Under the pieces are notes generated by a model. It searched no databases. It had not been told where the DNA came from and saw nothing but the letters and a program-made list of their open reading frames with translations. Shown here piece after piece: positions 61,543 through 64,000 of a stretch of 64,000 nt of DNA. The translations under genes and the position numbers were made by a program. The number at the start of each line of letters is the position of its first letter. The first letter of the stretch is position 1. This stretch comes from a virus. Its lineage: Duplodnaviria > Caudoviricetes. The DNA is taken from positions 1 through 64,000 of IMG/VR virus record IMGVR_UViG_3300028591_000169; one strand, 5' to 3'.

Positions 61543-61811
61543 CGTTCGCTCTTGTTATATTCACCCTCTCGCTTATCATAGCAATCCTTCTTCGCGGATA
61601 TCGAAGATTTCATCGGAGCAGCAGAAGAAGAAATGGTAGTCGGCGCAAGGCAAAATGTTTTCAACGGGTCTAAGACAACAGCGCCATAAGAAGAAGCAGA
61701 AATAATCTTCCTTAAACTGACAACTTCATTGGAAAGCCGAATGTTATCGTCAATAAGGTCATCAATCCTCTTCTCCATTTCACTGTAGGAGTCCTCCTTC
61801 GTCGACTTCAT
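61539..61811 (-). CDS. Hypothetical protein (90 aa)
   Basis: Probable start MKSTKED; N-terminal coiled coil. Confidence 0.45.
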   Translation of the reverse strand: MKSTKEDSYSEMEKRIDDLIDDNIRLSNEVVSLRKIISASSYGAVVLDPLKTFCLAPTTISSSAAPMKSSISAKKDCYDKREGEYNKSER

Positions 61812-62184
61812 AATCTTCAACGATATATTCAATGTCACGATCCTGAATGAAAAGATAGTCGATGCCATCAATCGTTATCTTCGGAATCTCATATGCCCAC
61901 TTCAAGTCATCGGACTGAACATTCTCGGCTTCATCAATCTTACCGGGCCTATGCTGTGCGAGTGCATACCTGCTGAAGTTAATCTTAACGACATCACCTT
62001 CCTTGACATCGCGGACAGTACCGCCGACAGAATACACGACCTGATACGGGTTGAGCGCTCCGTCAAGTTTTCTCGTGTCAATGATGAGACTGCCCTCGGA
62101 AGTATACTGCTGGCCAACATACTTCCTTGCGGTGGTAATGACGCCCGTAAAAAGCGGACGAACTTTCTTAATCTTGAATGCCAT
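61780..62184 (-). CDS. GroES-like co-chaperonin
   Basis: KVRPLFTGVIT...QVVYSVGGTVRDVKEGDVV...YLFIQDRDI resembles the Cpn10 pattern. Confidence 0.7.
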   Translation of the reverse strand: MAFKIKKVRPLFTGVITTARKYVGQQYTSEGSLIIDTRKLDGALNPYQVVYSVGGTVRDVKEGDVVKINFSRYALAQHRPGKIDEAENVQSDDLKWAYEIPKITIDGIDYLFIQDRDIEYIVEDYEVDEGGLLQ

Positions 62185-62312
62185 AATTAAATTCTGTTAA
62201 AAAGTGCCGGTGCGGATAGTGTATTTTTGTATAGCTCTTACAGTATGGATCCGTTTCCCCCGCTTCGGTAATTCGCATCAGCGTTTTTCCGGCACTGTTG
62301 TTAATAAAAATA

Positions 62313-62436
62313 GGACAAGGTGGAATTTGAATCCACACGTCCTTCCGAGACTATTATTGGTCATTGAAGTCATCTCAATGTAGGGGTTACTCCTATTTAA
62401 GACCATTCTTTAGCATATCCAATCTGCCTCTTGCCC
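62313..62436 (-). ncRNA. tRNA-like RNA with expanded, branched anticodon arm (non-canonical)
   Basis: Acceptor GGGCAAG/CTTGTCC; D-like arm GCA-GATTGGATA-TGC; T arm GTGGA-TTCAAAT-TCCAC; variable hairpin GTCT/GGAC; 38-nt loop inside a TGGTC/GACCA stem. Confidence 0.6.
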
Positions 62437-62438
62437 TA

Positions 62439-62900
62439 TTACTTTTTCGGAATGACCTGTCGGGCTGATTTCTTTCCATCCTGCCCGACAAGCCAGACGC
62501 GTTCATACATTTCTTTTCCTCGTTTCTTCTTCAGTGGAGGAGGAGTCTCACCGGAGAGGATGGCAGCAGCCGTGGATTCGATGTCACTCTGTGTTCTCCT
62601 GCTCCGGTAAGAGCTCCTGGGAGCCATTTCTATTTGCTGCGACACATTGGCTCTCCACTTCAGATAGTTGCTGTAAACCGGTCCAATCCTTCCAATGAAT
62701 GGAATGTGCCTCACCTTGACATATTCTTCGAACTTGTCCTTCGAGAATATCTTCCTCGGATTATCGAAGGGAAGAGACCTCGCATCGGCAAAAACAACCT
62801 CAAAAAAGGATGCGAGGATTCTCTTCACTTCTTCCTCAGATACATCATGGCGTGAGGATATCTTCCTGTATCTCTCGTATTCCTTACGGTTCCTACCCAT
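62439..62900 (-). CDS. IHF/HU-like DNA-binding protein
   Basis: KISSRHDVSEEEVKRILASFF...HIPFIGRI is an HU-like helix pair plus beta-strand; probable start MGRNRK. Confidence 0.6.
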   Translation of the reverse strand: MGRNRKEYERYRKISSRHDVSEEEVKRILASFFEVVFADARSLPFDNPRKIFSKDKFEEYVKVRHIPFIGRIGPVYSNYLKWRANVSQQIEMAPRSSYRSRRTQSDIESTAAAILSGETPPPLKKKRGKEMYERVWLVGQDGKKSARQVIPKK

Positions 62901-63288
62901 TGTTGATGGGATTGGACTTGGACGACCAGTCAAAAACGATGCACAACATGAACCTCGGGTCTTCCGTCATGTGCGGAATATAGACGCTGTTGATATGCCC
63001 GTCGACCAGAAACTCGGAAGAACGAAGCTTTCCGAGAATCATCTGGAAATGAGCCTGCGACATACCGAGCGATTCGCGCATATCCTTTCTCGAGTTCTGG
63101 GACCAAAGCACTTCGCGAAGAACTTCTGGATCCGGAATGCTCTCCTTCAGCTTGAAATACTGGATTAGTATCCGAGCCGCAACATCCTTCTCTCGTGAAG
63201 ACAGTTTCAGCGATGGGAAGAATTCAAGAAGCGCACGAAAGAATGAGGTTTCTGTGCATTTCTGTGCTATGAAGTTATTCGGCTTCAT
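62893..63288 (-). CDS. Winged-HTH (MarR-like) protein
   Basis: LSSREKDVAARIL...RKDMRESLGMSQAHFQMILGKL. Confidence 0.6.
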   Translation of the reverse strand: MKPNNFIAQKCTETSFFRALLEFFPSLKLSSREKDVAARILIQYFKLKESIPDPEVLREVLWSQNSRKDMRESLGMSQAHFQMILGKLRSSEFLVDGHINSVYIPHMTEDPRFMLCIVFDWSSKSNPINNG

Positions 63289-63586
63289 CGGGTTTCTCCT
63301 CGGATTGCGCCTGGTTCATCGCCTTGTCAAAGGAATACAGAGCGTCTTCGATGTGCTTGCTGGTCCACTCGACGAACTTGTCGTTGTACATCTCGGGATG
63401 CTCCATCACCTTGAACAACATGCTCAAGAAGAACGAAGTGTAATCGAAATCGCGATTGTTCAGAGCTTCCATCGCCTTCTGATATTCGGCGACGAGCTTC
63501 TGATACTGGAGGTGCAGTTCGCCGAATCTCTTGGCGAGTTCATCATAGGACAATTTGGGCTGTCCGGGTTTTTTCTTTTCTTCCAT
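63275..63586 (-). CDS. Hypothetical coiled-coil protein (103 aa)
   Basis: KLSYDEL start; coupled to the next gene. Confidence 0.65.
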   Translation of the reverse strand: MEEKKKPGQPKLSYDELAKRFGELHLQYQKLVAEYQKAMEALNNRDFDYTSFFLSMLFKVMEHPEMYNDKFVEWTSKHIEDALYSFDKAMNQAQSEEKPDEAE

Positions 63587-63610
63587 AGTCTTACTCTTTA
63601 GAATGATATG

Positions 63611-64000
63611 TTATTTTCTTTTCTTAAGTCTTCGTTTCAGTTTCATGGCTCCACTTCCTCTGGAGAGGGCCCAGTCGAACCATCGTTCGAATTCTTCGTC
63701 TGGTACTGCAACATAGTCGTTGATGCCGAATACTCTGAGATAAGATATTCCCATCTTTCCAGCCAGGTGGTAAAGTACTGTTCCGTATCTTTTGAAATCG
63801 TTATATCCAATTCGTTTGGCAAAATCGAAACCGAATCCGTGAACTCTCTCTCTTCGTTGTCCGAGACGGTTGAGGCGCAGAAAGGCTTGGCGTCCGATGG
63901 AAGCGTGGTAGTCACTTCTAAATCGGCAATATGCCTCATCTGCATCCAGGCATCGAATTCGTCCATAGAAGATTTGTCCATCTCGCCTTACAATTTGTTC
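63611..64000 (-). CDS. Hypothetical protein, 5'-truncated by the window end
   Basis: A frame open from 64000 to TAA at 63611-63613 reads ...GRQAFLRLNRLG...FERWFDWALSRGSGAMKLKRRLKKRK. It looks more protein-like than the listed 63643-63981 ORF. Confidence 0.55.
   Translation of the reverse strand, partial: EQIVRRDGQIFYGRIRCLDADEAYCRFRSDYHASIGRQAFLRLNRLGQRRERVHGFGFDFAKRIGYNDFKRYGTVLYHLAGKMGISYLRVFGINDYVAVPDEEFERWFDWALSRGSGAMKLKRRLKKRK

Larger units (their letters stand above)
1..64000. mobile_element. Segment of a crAss-like (Crassvirales) bacteriophage genome, probable Bacteroidota host
   Basis: crAss-type gene order: TerL, portal, fibres/lysis, MCP, rings, muzzle, cargo proteins with giant virion RNAP. 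Bacteroidota TAnnTTTG promoter boxes are present and no host housekeeping genes are seen. Confidence 0.95.

Noticed and set aside
5610-63586. Stop-codon reassignment (TAG=Gln or TGA=Trp), known in some crAss-like phages
   Set aside because: Late genes are long and uninterrupted under code 11 and no canonical suppressor tRNA is visible. The single in-frame TAA in the muzzle cannot reflect general recoding because most genes end in TAA.
63643-63981. 112-aa ORF from the track as the true gene
   Set aside because: It has a Ser/Thr-rich, atypical composition; the overlapping frame open to the window edge looks more like a real protein.
1-64000. CRISPR array, DGR reverse transcriptase or DNA replication module
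   Set aside because: No regularly spaced repeats, no YxDD-type RT and no polymerase, primase or helicase were seen; such genes may lie outside the window.

Overview
The whole window is one phage genome segment of the crAss-like (Crassvirales) type infecting Bacteroidota; I see no host chromosomal genes. From 5.6 kb to 64 kb the minus strand carries a typical crAss late module: wHTH, IHF-like and GroES-like genes, dUTPase, terminase large subunit, portal, tail fibres, lysis genes, scaffold and major capsid, ring/hub proteins, muzzle, then cargo proteins including a 3098-aa virion RNA polymerase (DFDND motif). From 0.1 to 5.5 kb the plus strand carries small, tightly coupled ORFs. Three things stand out. 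(1) An intact tyrosine integrase sits beside an undisrupted attP-like site (3' half of tRNA-Ala(UGC) flanked by arm-type repeats), suggesting a temperate crAss-like phage. (2) The muzzle gene is split by one in-frame TAA exactly where about 740 aa of Ig-like domains are inserted. (3) A 124-nt tRNA-like RNA with a branched, expanded anticodon arm lies at 62313-62436. The standard genetic code fits; I found no CRISPR array and no reverse transcriptase. All family calls come from motif recognition by eye, not database searches.
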